Part shown: one piece after another, positions 50,712 through 62,907 of the stretch
Layout: each line of letters begins with the position of its first letter
Numbering within the stretch: the stretch's first letter is position 1
Source: Malacoraja senta
Lineage: Eukaryota
Assembly: GCA_038087875.1 (NCBI GenBank)
Contig: CM075984.1
Coordinates: 37,076,001 to 37,140,000 of the forward strand
Direction of reading: 5' to 3'
Length of the DNA stretch: 64,000 bases
Position numbers and translations under genes: made by a program
Notes under the pieces: model-generated
Database searches by the model: none
What the model saw: the letters and a program-made list of their open reading frames with translations, nothing else
Told to the model about the DNA's origin: nothing

Positions 50712-51023
50712 CTGTTCCAAAGCATGCCCATTTTATAGTTAGTCTGCTCATCTATCTAATATCATTTTCTTCCCTGCAGGACCATTTTATTAAATGGTTT
50801 GTGTCAATGCCAAGACCTCTAGGTATGCATCAGTGTGAAGAGGCAACTTAAACTTAGCACTGGCAAGCAGTTTCATTCCATTCCAAGATCTGGTCTCAGC
50901 CTGTTTTCTGCATTGGAGAATTGGCATGTACAGAAGCCAAATTCATCTCCAGTGGTGTAGTCTTGCCGAAATGACCAGTTAAGAGGACATATTAAAAAAA
51001 AATGGGGTCAGCTTTCAACAAGA

Positions 51024-51322
51024 GCGGCACAGTGGCGCAGCGATAGAGTTGCTGCCTTACAGTGCAAGAAACCCGGGTTCGATCCTGACTATGGGTTCTG
51101 TCGGTATGGAGGTTGCACTTTTGCTCCCTGTGACCACGTCATTTTTATCCGGGTGCTCCGGTTTCCTTCCACATTCCAAAAACGTGCAAATTTGTAGGTT
51201 AATTGTCTTCTTTAAATTGTCCCTTTAGTCCTCGTGCATGCGATAGAACTAGCGTACAGGTGATCATTGGTCAGTGCGGACTTAGTGGGCCGAAGGACCT
51301 GTTTTCACACTGTGTAACTAAA
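51024..51322 (+). mobile_element. V-SINE
   Basis: A/B boxes, V domain and tail. Confidence 0.85.
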
Positions 51323-51323
51323 T

Positions 51324-51746
51324 TCTTTCTTTAGGCCCCCTTCAGTCGTGGATGACCATGTGTGTCTCTAGGTGCTGTTCTCTATATGGAGGACACCTGC
51401 GTGTGACTTTGTTTAACGTGGGGAGACTGGTGCACAGACACCCACCACATTGTCAGATCTGGGGTCAGGATCCAGTGACATGGAGTCCAAGACGACTGGA
51501 AACCCTTTTCTGCTGCAGCCTTCATTCGCCTTCCCAGCCGTTGTGACGTTCCACTAAGGTCAGCCATCGTCCTCTGCCTGTTCCACCGTTGAGGTCTTGG
51601 TTGGATTGCTCTTTGTTAGAGACCTCCCCCTCGACCTTACCGCCATGGGTGGCCCTACCTGGAGCATAGCTCCAGACGGCATCACTCTCAGGATCTCAGG
51701 TCCACGCAAGCTTCTCCACCACGACATGGTGACAATCCACGGAGAA
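51324..51746 (-). mobile_element. Internally deleted (bipartite) RTE-clade derivative
   Basis: Minus 5' end TGTCGTGG..GCTTGCGTG..AGCTATG..GGTAGGGCCACCCATG..AGGTC resembles RTE/BovB 5' UTRs; 3' end ATGGTCATCCACGACTGAAGGGGGCCTAAAGAAAG resembles RTE tails. Confidence 0.7.
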
Positions 51747-52146
51747 AATTAAAACAAACTAAACTGTGTAAGAAGGAACTGCAGATGTTGGTTTAAACCG
51801 AAGACAGACACAAAAGGCTGGAGTAACTCAGCGGGACAGGCAGCATCTCTGGAGTGAAGGAATGAGTGACGTTTTGGGTCGAGACCCTTCTTCCTGATGG
51901 CAAGCCTAGGGGCCCAGCATTAACCTGTCCAGCTGAACAGATATGAGCTTAGATCAACTGTGAGTTAGAACTGATGGCAGAGATGTTGTCAGGAAAAGAA
52001 TGCATGTTCCCAACAAATCTCCAGTGATCCCTGCTGGCCAAGTTAAGCGTGTGACGTTAAGTGGGAGTAGGATCTGCCATACCTTCTATGACTAGTGGCC
52101 TAATAATACTACTGGGTCCCCAAACCAGTTGCTTAGCACATCAGAG

Positions 52147-53148
52147 TAGCAATGTTACAAAATTTTGAGATTTAAAAAATAAAGTCTGCAATTTATCCCA
52201 TCAGATAAAGCACAAAAAGAAGTTTAATTTGACACCTAATTCACTTTCATATCTTCAGTATTAAAGAAGTTATGGCCATTTTCATACTCGGAAATTAGCA
52301 TCTTGTTCCCTATTGCTCTTCCATTGACTTAACACAAAAGCTGTGATCGAAGACAGTTAAAAGCCCATAACTTTCTTAAAAATTAAGATAACTGAAACAA
52401 ATATGAAACAATCTTACTTAGAAGACATGAAAGCAAAGCATCTAATTAGTTAGTTACCTAATTGTAGCTAATTACAAAATTCAATTACTAGATCTAAACC
52501 TATCAATTTCTTAAGAATAGATTAACATTTTTAAATAGCCTAAGTGTCCAAATAACATTCACACAATAATTCACAATATAACATAATATTTAAATCTCAT
52601 TTTCATGAATTTACAGGCCAAATGGAAGGAATTGAATATTTAATACCTGTAAATTAATGGGGATTTAAATCATCTTGTGAGTGAGGATTTCCGGAACGCG
52701 ATCTTTTGAAACGTTCATTTGCGGTGAATTTAACCCCGTATTGGCATGAAAAATACTGCCGTTAATTCGGGGAATAAAATCACCGTGTCACATGAAAAAA
52801 TATGAATTAAAGGCTTCTTAAGAAGCACTTTTATACATTTAAAGAAACCACTTTCGTTTACCTGTCCCGTGTGTGAAATCCGTCCCCGTTATCGGCGTTG
52901 ACGCTTCAGGAGCTGATTTTAAAATTACTCTAGCGCTGACATTGACGATTTAATAAAAATAAAAAATACACAAAAGGCTACTAGGAACGATTTGTCAGCC
53001 AACGCTTGTACTCCAACAAAATATTAACCAGGACAAGGGAGGAGAAACCCGCGTTTTAACCCCGCACCCCCTTAAAGGCGCCAAAATCGCGCACACGGCC
53101 AGTGGCAGAATTACAGCGCGACTGAAGGTAAGTTTTGTAACGTACCTA
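52147..53148. mobile_element. Non-autonomous TIR DNA transposon (TAG..CTA ends, 7-bp TSD), copy 2
   Basis: Ends TAGCAATGTTACAAAA..TTTTGTAACGTACCTA; ATCAGAG at 52140-52146 and 53149-53155. Confidence 0.9.
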
Positions 53149-54329
53149 ATCAGAGGGCAGCTGGTGGATTGGGCCCACCAGATGCCTCACCAGCTGGAGA
53201 TTATTGAGACTAGTTAGAAAAATACATTTTATGGAACAATTCAAACTTATTCTGGCAGTGAATTGCTCCTGGACTTTTCCTGAAGTAGTTTTCTTTTAGT
53301 TTCACATGTCTGCGTGGGAACAGATTTGGTTATGTGACACTTCTATTCAATTGCATGAAAGCTTTGCAAACCCCCTGGGTTACATTTTTCTCTGTGCTTG
53401 CTAATATGTTAACAGAAAAATGCATTTACAGGTATTAGAGTTGGCGGTCTCTCAATGGTCGAGCAGCTATTAACAGCCCATTGAATTTTGTCAGTTGAAG
53501 TGGGTGGAAAGAGTGTTATTAAGGTATCGATCTCTATGGTGCAGTATTTGAACATACTCAGTGATGAAGATACCTTCTGCAATATTTTTGTGCTACAACC
53601 ACATCTGCACTTAAAGTGTGTCAGCATTCTTTCCCTTAGTTTTAATTTGTCTTTTTAACTGTCCTCCCAAAGGAGCCAACTCTAATTTTGAGCTTTGCAC
53701 CAATATATGATTCCTGAATCACATCAATATATGGAGTGCACATATTGCATTTAATATATTGCCTTTACACAGTGTCCTTTCATGTTCCACAGTAATCCCC
53801 ATCTACAGGATTACTTTAAAGACTTACAGGCACTGTCGCTATAGCAGAGAGCCTGCTCTCTTTTCCTGAGTAGTGGCTCATGTTTGAGTGGAATTGCCTA
53901 TTGACGTTGATTATTTTAAAAAAAATATATATATTTTTTATTTTTATTTTTTTATTTATTAGAAGTACATTACATTACAACCACATACATTAGTACTCGT
54001 CACATATATCTTCTTACAATTAATGTACTCCATTTGTTTTTTACACTAATAAAGGGAAAGGATGAGATTGAGAGAAAGAAGAAAGTGAAGGAAAAGGTGA
54101 AAGTGTAAAAAACGTGATAACAAGAAAGAACGAAGACCCTATAAGAACGAAATTAAAAACAAAAGAAAAAGAGTTAAGAAATAGACCCTAGAAAAGAAGA
54201 AGAAAGAGAAAGAGGGAAAAGAGAAAAACAAATAGTTTTTGTAAGCATCACGCAAATGGGACATACCAACTCTCCAACTTTCATCCCCCCTTACCTGACC
54301 TCAGTTTTTTTTTAAGGTACTTTTGCACC

Positions 54330-57300
54330 CTATATTTGTAATAATTCTATAAATGCAGATCACGTCAGGTGGAAGTGATCTGGTTTACCTGCCAGGAGGA
54401 GTCTTATCTCTTCTAGGTGTAATGTTTCGAACATATTTGAAATCCACATGTTTATAGTTGGTATTGGAGCCTTTTTCCAAAATTTTAGGATTAGCTTTTT
54501 TCCAGTTATTAACCCATAGTCTATTAGTTTCTTTTGGAACACATTTAGTTCTGGACCATCTTCCGTTATTCCGAAGATAATCCATTCTGCTTTGGGTATC
54601 AGTTTTATTTTAAATAATTTTGTAAAGATTTCAAAAATTTCAATCCAAAATTTTTGAATTTTTGTACAGAAAACAAATGAGTGCGCTATAGTAGCTTCTT
54701 GAGATTGACATTTATCACAAATGGATGATACATTTGGGAAAATTTTATGGATTTCAGTTTTGGAATAATATAATCTATGTAAGATTTTATATTGTATTAA
54801 AGTGTGTCTTACATTAATCGAACATTTATGCACGTTTAATAAGTGTTCATTCCACCTTTCCTTTGAAATTTTAATAGCTAATTCTTGTTCCCAGTCTCTT
54901 CTGATACCCTCCGTAGATGGTATTTCTACATTTAAGATAATATTATACAAATATGATATTAAGTTTGCTGATTCAGCTTTTATCTGCATTGCATCATCCA
55001 ATACATCTGCTGGGCTATTATAATGATCTTTTGTATATTTTTTCAAATAGTCGCATATTTGAAAATATTTAAAATATTGATTATTTCCGAGTTTATATTT
55101 TATTTGTAATTGTTGAAATGAAAGTAATTTTCCAGTTTCATACAGGTCACTGAACGTTTTAATTCCTAGTCTATCCCAGTGTGTGAAAGATTTATCTATA
55201 ATAGAGGGATTAAACGAAGGATTATTAACTATGGGAGATAAAAGTGATAAATTTCTTAATTTTAAATTTTGTTTTATTTGTTTCCAAATTTTGATTGTGC
55301 TATGTATAATTGGGTACTTATTATAATTTATGTTATTCAGTTTCATCGGTGAGAGGAGGATCGCTCCAATGTGTCCAGAGGAGCAATCCTCTCTCTCCAT
55401 TACAATCCAATCCACTTGCTGGGCAGAGTTATCCATCAGTTGAATCATATTTTTAATATTTACTGACCAATAATAATACACAAAATTAGGTAGTGCTAAG
55501 CCCCCTAATACTTTAGGTTTGTTCAAGTGAGTTTTTTGTATTCTATGTGATTTATAGTCCCATATAAAATTAGTGATATCAGAGTCCAATTTAAAAAAAA
55601 CCTTCTTTGGTAGGTATATAGGAATCGATTGGAATAGGTATAAAATTTGTGGTAGAAAGATCATTTTTATTGCATTTATTCGGCCTATTAAAGACATCGG
55701 GAGCGTTTTCCAAAATTTAATTAGTGTGTTTAATTTATTAAGTAGAGGATCAAAATTTGCTTTAAACATACCTTGATATGTTCTAGTAATTTCGATTCCC
55801 AAGTATTTAAATTTTTCTGTAGCTATTTTAAAAGGGAATTTTAAAAGATGTGTTGAGTCTTTCGGTTTTATTGACATAATTTCACTTTTATTCCAATTTA
55901 TTCTGTATCCAGAAAAAGATCCAAAGTCTTCAATTAAATTTAATATATTTGGTATAGTAATTTGAGGTTTTGTAATATACAGTAATATATCATCCGCGTA
56001 TAAAGATATTTTATTATTTGAATATTTAGTATTATACCCATGGATATCAGGATGTATTCTAATTTTTTCTGCTAACGGTTCAATAATGAGAGCAAACAAC
56101 TGTGGTGATAATGAGCATCCTTGTCTATTTCCCATTGATAGTTGAAATTTCGAGGATAGTATGTTATTAGTTAATATTCTAGCTGTAGGTTTATTATATA
56201 ATAATTTAATCCATAGAATAAAATTCTCTCCCAGTTGGAATTTTTGTAATACTTTATCCATATAATTCTACTTGGTCAAATGCTTTTTCAGCATCCAGCG
56301 AAATAATTGATAATTCTTGTTCTTCAGATTTATGTGAGTGCATTATGTTAAGTAAATGTCTCATATTGTTAGATGAATATCTCTTAGGGATAAACCCCGT
56401 CTGGTCTGGGTTTATTAGTTTACTAATATATTTACTTAATCTTCTAGCTAATGTTTTCGCTAATATTTTTTGATCTGTGTTTAACAATGCTATAGCTCTA
56501 CATGAACCCGGTTCTTCTATATATTTGTCTTTCTTAAGTATTAGTGTAATCGTTGATTCCGCTAATGTATCAGGTAGTATTTGTTTTTATTATGTTTATC
56601 TATTGATGGATCTTTAGCATTATCTATATCCATTTGTCTAATAAGTTCCTCTAACTGTTTTTGTTCATTATTATTGTTTTTATTTTGAAAAGCTTGATAT
56701 GAAATTATAATACCTCTAATGTATGCTTTAAAGGATTCCCATAATACAGTAGGCGATATATCTGGAGTGTCATTTATTTCAAAAAAGGCATCCGTTTGTT
56801 CTTTTAAATATATACTCGCTTGTGGATCTTTTAGGATGTAAGAATCAAATCTCCAGAACGGTTTATTCTTAGACATTCCTTCCAGTTTTAAAAAGAAAGT
56901 TAGTGGTGTATGGTCTGAAATCCAATTTGTATGGTATGTTGGGTTAAAAGTATGAGGGATTAAATTTGTATCCACCAGGAAATAATCTATACGTGAGTAT
57001 GTTTTGTGTACCATTGAATAAAACGAGTATTCTTTGCCAGTTGGATTAACAATTCTCCAAACATCTGCTATATTAGTATTGTTTATATAAGTATTGAGAA
57101 GTTCACCGGTTTTAGATTTTGTATTCCCTCTCTGTTTTTGGCTTGATTTATCTAAATACGGATGTAAAACACAGTTAAAGTCTCCTCCTATTATAACATT
57201 TTGATAGTTAGACTCTGCGATTGTGTTCAGAATTTTATTTTAAAAATGAGGGTTGTCAAAGTTAGGCGCGTATATATTTACCAAGGTAATTGGAGTATCA

Positions 57301-57626
57301 TGAATTTCTCCATTAACTATTAAGTATCTCCCTTCGATGTCTGTTATGGTATTCTTTGCTTTAAATGGTATACCTTTTCTTATAATGATTGACGTACCTC
57401 TAGATTTCGAAGTAAATGAAGAATGGTATGTTTGACCTATCCATTTCGCCCTCAACCTAGCTTGATCATGAGATTTTAGATGAGTTTCTTGTAAGAAGAT
57501 AATGTCAGAGTTGTACAGTTTCAGCTGAGCTAATATCTTACCCCTTTTAATAGGTTCGTTAATACCTCTTATATTCCAACTACAGAATGAGACTCCTCCT
57601 AGGTTCTTTTGCTTAGCATCTTGCAT
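54330..57626 (-). pseudogene. L1 ORF2 (APE endonuclease, reverse transcriptase, CCHC) with frameshifts and an internal deletion
   Basis: SWNIRG, LQETH, NIYAPN, SRIDY, SDH; DAEKAFD, RQGCSLSP, LYADD, KYLGI; C..C..H..C (CDKC..H..FC). Confidence 0.95.
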
Positions 57627-58524
57627 TTTGAATAATTATAGTACCTTTAAATCTTGTGGTGCATCCATATCCCGGGTCTTTGGGTATTGGGGGAACTTTT
57701 GAATTTCTAAATTTTGTTGGTATATCCCTTTTACGCTTATCACTAAACACAAAACACAAACATGTGAGTTTATGTGATAATTTAAAAAAAATTAAAAAAG
57801 TGAAAATACAATGTCTAATATAGTCGACACTGTAACAAGTGTCCCACCTGTAGGTGGGAGAAAACCTTGTTTCAACTTCCATTGTGATGTTAAACAAATA
57901 GCTCCGCTCTCTTGGTTAATCATAACATATTAAAATATTAAAACGGGGCCTCACATTCAGATATAAAATACAGTTTTACCCTATATATTTCATTATAACA
58001 TATCATGTATATATCGCAATTTTAGCAACTAATTATTAAACAAATAATTTTGACTTCAATAATGGTCAACTGTTGGTTGAAGGGGTTAACGAGGCGTGCC
58101 CCTGGACCTAAGCCAGGTGCGCGTTTCTCATCCCCTCCTCCCAGTTATAGATAAGGTTTGAATTTAGTAAAAATTTGTATTGGTATTGTTAGTTCATTAT
58201 TTTTTATGTTTTTACTTTTATTTTTGTTAGCGTCCGTAGCTATTCTAATCTAACATAGATAACTTATTAAATTGTTAATAGGATAAGTTCTTACAATTGG
58301 ATTTAATATTGTAGTCTATTAAACAGATAATGCTTCTGGTATATACCATTCACTTCTGTTCAGCTGTTTACTCGTTTTGAACAGAAAGTGTCCTTGATTC
58401 AAAATTCCATAGATAAGAGTCTAATCATCCCAAAACAAAACATTGCTAGGAATGGTTCAAATCTGCCAAACCTCCATTAACCGTGGAATTCTAGTGTTTT
58501 AAAATCAGTTCGTACTATTGATTT

Positions 58525-59591
58525 CTATTTTTCAACGATACTCTGGGCATATTTGAACGCATCCTCGGGTTTAACAAATTACTTTTCAGAACCCCTGAAA
58601 GAAATACGCATTTTAGCTGGATAATAAACCCCGTATCTGATCCCTTGTTTCCCTCTTAAAAGCTCTTTAACCTTCCCGAATTAATTTCTCTTTTGCACAT
58701 TTCATACGGATAGTCCCTGAATATCTTGATAATGTCCTTGTCCAACCGCAGCTGCACTCCGTATTTGATTTTGCTCATAACATCTTCCAGTTCTAAAATA
58801 TCCCGAAATTTCACAATAATATGTCGTGGATGAGTTTTTCCAGCATCAGATCTCTGTTTAAATCTTGGAACACGATGAGCCACTTCAATTTTCGGTTCTT
58901 TGGAAAGATTAAGCAGTTGTTTAAGTAAGCCCATGGTAAACTCCCGAACGTCCTTCCCCTCGACTCCCTCTGAGACTCCAAGAATTCTCAAATTCTGGCG
59001 TCTAGAGTGAGCTTCCAGGTCCAGGGATTTGTCTGAGACTTTCCCCAGTTGAATCACCATCTGTAGTGAAGTTTGTTCATTTTCTTGCTTCATTTGCTCA
59101 TGTTCTTGCCTCATTTTCGCCATGTCTTCAACCACTCGAGCCATATTTTTCTCCAATTCCGTAATTGTGCGCATACTTGCAGCTACTGTTTCAAGCACAG
59201 CCATGAACCTGTCCGTAGTAGTTTCATCCATCTTGTCCGTTCTCCCCGATAGTCCATCTTTCACATCATAAATTAGTTTATTTACAGTGTCCAGTGAATC
59301 AGCCACCTTCTGATTACCAGCATTTGAATCCTCCATCATCTTTTCAATTTTTTCCATCATTTTTCCCATCAGAGATTTATTTTCATCCCAAATTTCATCT
59401 TTCATATCTTTAACAGATTTCTTCAAATCATCAAACTCTTTGTCCTTACCCGACTCTGTCTTAGATCTTGTATCCATTTCTGCAGCCACTTCAGAAACTT
59501 CAGAGGTAACTTCTCCTTCAGGCTTCTTCGGATTTTTCAGCAGCTTTTTCACTGATCTCTGAGGGCTCTTAGCTGGAGACAGTTTACTCAT
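58525..59591 (-). pseudogene. L1 ORF1 (coiled coil, RRM, CTD) with a C-terminal frameshift
   Basis: DLEAHSRRQNLRILGVSE, IEVAHR, PRHIIVKF; the CTD YPAKMRI motif continues in another frame to a TAG at 58525. Confidence 0.9.
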
Positions 59592-59784
59592 TTAAAAGAC
59601 TTTAAACCACCGTTTAAAACATCGCGCTTACTGATGACGTCATCAGCCCGGCGACCAGAAGCTCCGGTAAGGTTTTTTAATCCAGTCCCGATTTATGGAC
59701 CCGTTTTACACGAAAAATCGTGAAATTTTTCGGGAGCGGAGCTAGGTGCACGTCTGTTAATCCAACATGGCGCCACCGGAAGTC
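59592..59784 (-). promoter_or_regulatory. L1 5' UTR internal promoter
   Basis: Starts GACTTCCGGTGGCGCCATGTT (ETS-like CTTCCGG, YY1-like GCCAT); contains palindromic TGATGACGTCATCA (CRE-like); CpG-rich. Confidence 0.6.
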
Positions 59785-60496
59785 TGACGTTGATTATTCA
59801 ACCATGCCTAAACCATGAAGAGTATGAATACAATGGTCAGCATGGAATTGATGGGCTGAAGGACCTTTTATTTCTGTGCTGTCAGATTCTAGCAATTCTG
59901 AGTACATGGAATGAGCCGCCAAAGGAGGTAGTTGAGGCAGGGACTATCGCAACATTTAAGAAGCAATCAGACAGGTGCATGGATAGGACATGTTTAGAGG
60001 GATACCATTTCACCTCCCACTCTTGCTCACTCCTCCCCTCCCACTGTTTTCCCCTTCTGCCAACACACATCATTCAGGTCCTTTCTTTTCCTTCCTCTCC
60101 CATCTGCAGGCTTTTGTCCTCCACTTATCACCTAACAGCCTCTGTTATGGTATCCACCCATTCCCGCTCATCTGCCCATCATCCCCTTCTCACCCATCCC
60201 CACATAGCTCACTAGATCTTACCCCCCTCCCCCTCACTTCATTACACTGGCTACTTCTCCTCTACTCTGTCAGTCGTGATAAAGGGATCTGACCCAAACC
60301 ATTGACTGTCCAATTCCCTCCACAGATGCCACCTGACTCGCTGATTTCCCTGAGCTGTTCCCCTTTTACCAAGGAACGTCAGACTCCTTACAGATGGGGC
60401 AGGAGGTGTCCAATGGGTGGGATAACATTTAAATAGCCAACACACACTTCTTGGAGAGCGGGCTGGTCACATCCCTCCATCCCATCTCCTTTAAAA

Positions 60497-60720
60497 AATA
60501 GAATAGAATAGAATACTTTATTGTCACATGCGACAAGTCACAGTGAAATTCTTTGCTTGCATACTGTGCCAAGGTATGCAAACAGTTACCTATAAAGGGT
60601 GCTTACAAAGTTACAAATCCCCACAAGTTCCCCCTTTGTCCTTCCCCACTCTCCCCTCCACCATGGCGGTCCCCCACGCCGGGTCTTCCATTGTCCATTG
60701 TTCCTCCCTCTCCCTCACGG
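60497..60720 (-). mobile_element. GC-rich Rex-tailed retroposon, 3' part
   Basis: (TAGAA)n-TACTTTATTGTCACATGCGACAAGTCACAGTGAAATT; homologous to 3262-3530. Confidence 0.65.
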
Positions 60721-62087
60721 TCCTGGTGGAAATTAAATTAGCGAGTGTTCCTTCCGATGCTCCTCGCAGAGGTGAGATCAGCATATTTGCTAATGAGTTT
60801 AACTTGAGTCTGTGTAGAAGGCATCGGTTACTTCACTCCTGAGCAGTCATTATTTTGCTGCCGTATGGAAGTTCCTTGTATTCATTAGTATAGTCTGTCA
60901 GCGATGTTGTAATGTCACATCCCGACACCTGTATCAGGCTGCGGACACAGACTCGCTAGCGAGTGTCTCCAGATGGATGAGGCCGGCTCGTCTACACAAG
61001 AGCACACAAGCTGTGCTCAAGCCGTGTGAAAAATATCGGGATGTATTCTGCAGGTAATTCAGTTGCCCTCTCGGTCACCCTTTTATGCATTCATTCCTGG
61101 GAAATACGTGGCTCTGAAGCTGGGTTTCCTGGAACTCATTTTAAAGATGCAGTTAGACTTCTATCAGCAGCGGTAATGTGAAGAGAATAGCATGCCAGGA
61201 GCAGGCAGTTCGCTCCAGGCATTCATTTATTCGTACAGAGGAGAGGCTGTCTTTTGAAAGATATGTGGCCCACTCTTGACTCTCAATCTTGAGGTCTGCA
61301 CAGTCCGGGTTGATTAAAATTACTTCCTAATGTATCTTGCAACTCTCACTGCATGATAATGTTGGAGACATCCATCAGACTACAGGAGACAGGAGTCATA
61401 CTGTGATGCTGTCAGTGTTGGGGGGGGGGGGGTGGGGGATGGAAGAAAGCGGAGGTAGGACTGGAGCATTTTTGCCAGTGACAGAAAACGAACGGTAGGA
61501 TTTTGCCTGAAATCATGGGCGCTCGGAACAATAATTTGTTGTTTTATTAAAGTTAGTCGAGCCCTGGGGAACGAGTAGGGGAGTGGGACGTCAGCACCGC
61601 TCCTGCAGTGAGCTGGCACATCCTCAAAAGAATGAATGGTGTCCATTTATGTGCAGTCACCATTCCAGTCTTTATTCTGTTTATCTACTTGTAATTTATT
61701 GAAATTCAGCTTTGATTTTTTTGTTCGTTTTTGAAGTGCAAATGCTTTTGGAGGATCAGAGATGGGAATGTATGAAGAATGACGGACAAGAAATGACCCC
61801 CTCCCCCCCTCCCCCCAACCACTCCACTCCCCCACTAGGGCAATATCGTAATGATTGCTCCGTGAGCAGTTCCCATCCAATGGAAAATCCAAAGTAATTT
61901 GTTTCAGCGATTGAGACTCATGAGCTGCACATCTTTTAACCTCATGGCCTGGGGTTTTGCTGAAGTGTCATTCTAAACCAAGAATGGAGCCCTCAAGGCA
62001 TTTAAGACTATCAGAAGGAGCACTAAAGGAACTGTATTATATAAAGCTTTAAAGTGGGAAATGGAAGTTATCTGAACAATTCCCAAA

Positions 62088-62387
62088 AGTGGCGCAGCGG
62101 GAAAATTGCTGCCTTATAGCGCCAGAGACTCGGGTTCGATCCTGACTACGGGTGCTGTCTACGGAGTTTGTACGTTCTCCCCGTGGCCTGAGTGGGTTTT
62201 TTCCAGGGGCTCCGGTTTCCTCCCACACTCCAAAGACATACCGATTTGTAGATTAAATGGCTTGGTAAAATTGTAAATTATCCCTACTGTGTGGGATAGC
62301 ATTAGTGTGCAGGGATCGCTGGTCGGCGCGGACTCGGTGGGTCGAAGGGCTTGTTTCCAAAAGGGCTGTATTTCTAAACTAAACTAA
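62088..62387 (+). mobile_element. V-SINE
   Basis: A/B boxes, V domain and tail. Confidence 0.87.
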
Positions 62388-62399
62388 GAATGATGTGGA

Positions 62400-62907
62400 A
62401 ACAAGGAACTGCAGTTGCAAGTTTTCCAAGGAAAGACGCTGAATGCTGGAGAAACTCAGCGGGCCAGGCAACATCCCTGGAGAATTGTACAGGGTAGGTG
62501 ATGATCTGGTCCTAGACTGAAGAAGAGACCCGACCCGATATGGCCCCTTTCCATGCTTAGTTTAGATACTGCATGGAAACAGGCCCTTCGGTCCACCGAG
62601 TCGTCACCGACCAGCGATCCCTGCACATTAACACTATCCTACACACACTAGGGACAATTTACACATACACCAAGCCAATTAGCCTACATACCTGTACGTC
62701 TTTGGAGTGTGGGAGGAAACCGAGGATCTCGGAGAAAACCCACGCGGTCACGGGGGGGAGCGTACAAACTCCGTTCAGACAGCACCCAAAGTCTTGATCG
62801 AACCGGAGTCTCCGGCGCTGCAGGCACTGCAAGGCAGCAGCTCCACCGCTGCGCCACTGTGTTCTCCAGGAATGCTGCCTGATCCGCTGAGTTACTCCAG
62901 CATTTTG
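62400..62907. mobile_element. Inverted PLE unit pair with a nested minus-strand V-SINE (~62557-62859)
   Basis: Minus unit, then AGACTGAAGAAG.. plus unit that resumes after the SINE. Confidence 0.75.

Larger units (their letters stand above)
53916..59784 (-). mobile_element. L1-clade LINE with both ends intact, inactivated
   Basis: TSD TGACGTTGATTATT at 53902-53915 and 59785-59798; A-rich tail with AATAAA; ORF1 and ORF2 remnants. Confidence 0.95.

Noticed and set aside
51890-52140. Possible ancient LF-SINE-like remnant (also ~10310-10470)
   Set aside because: Resemblance too faint to support without an HMM search
57613-57897. 94-aa ORF in the L1 spacer
   Set aside because: TTG start, low-information AT-rich sequence, no motif
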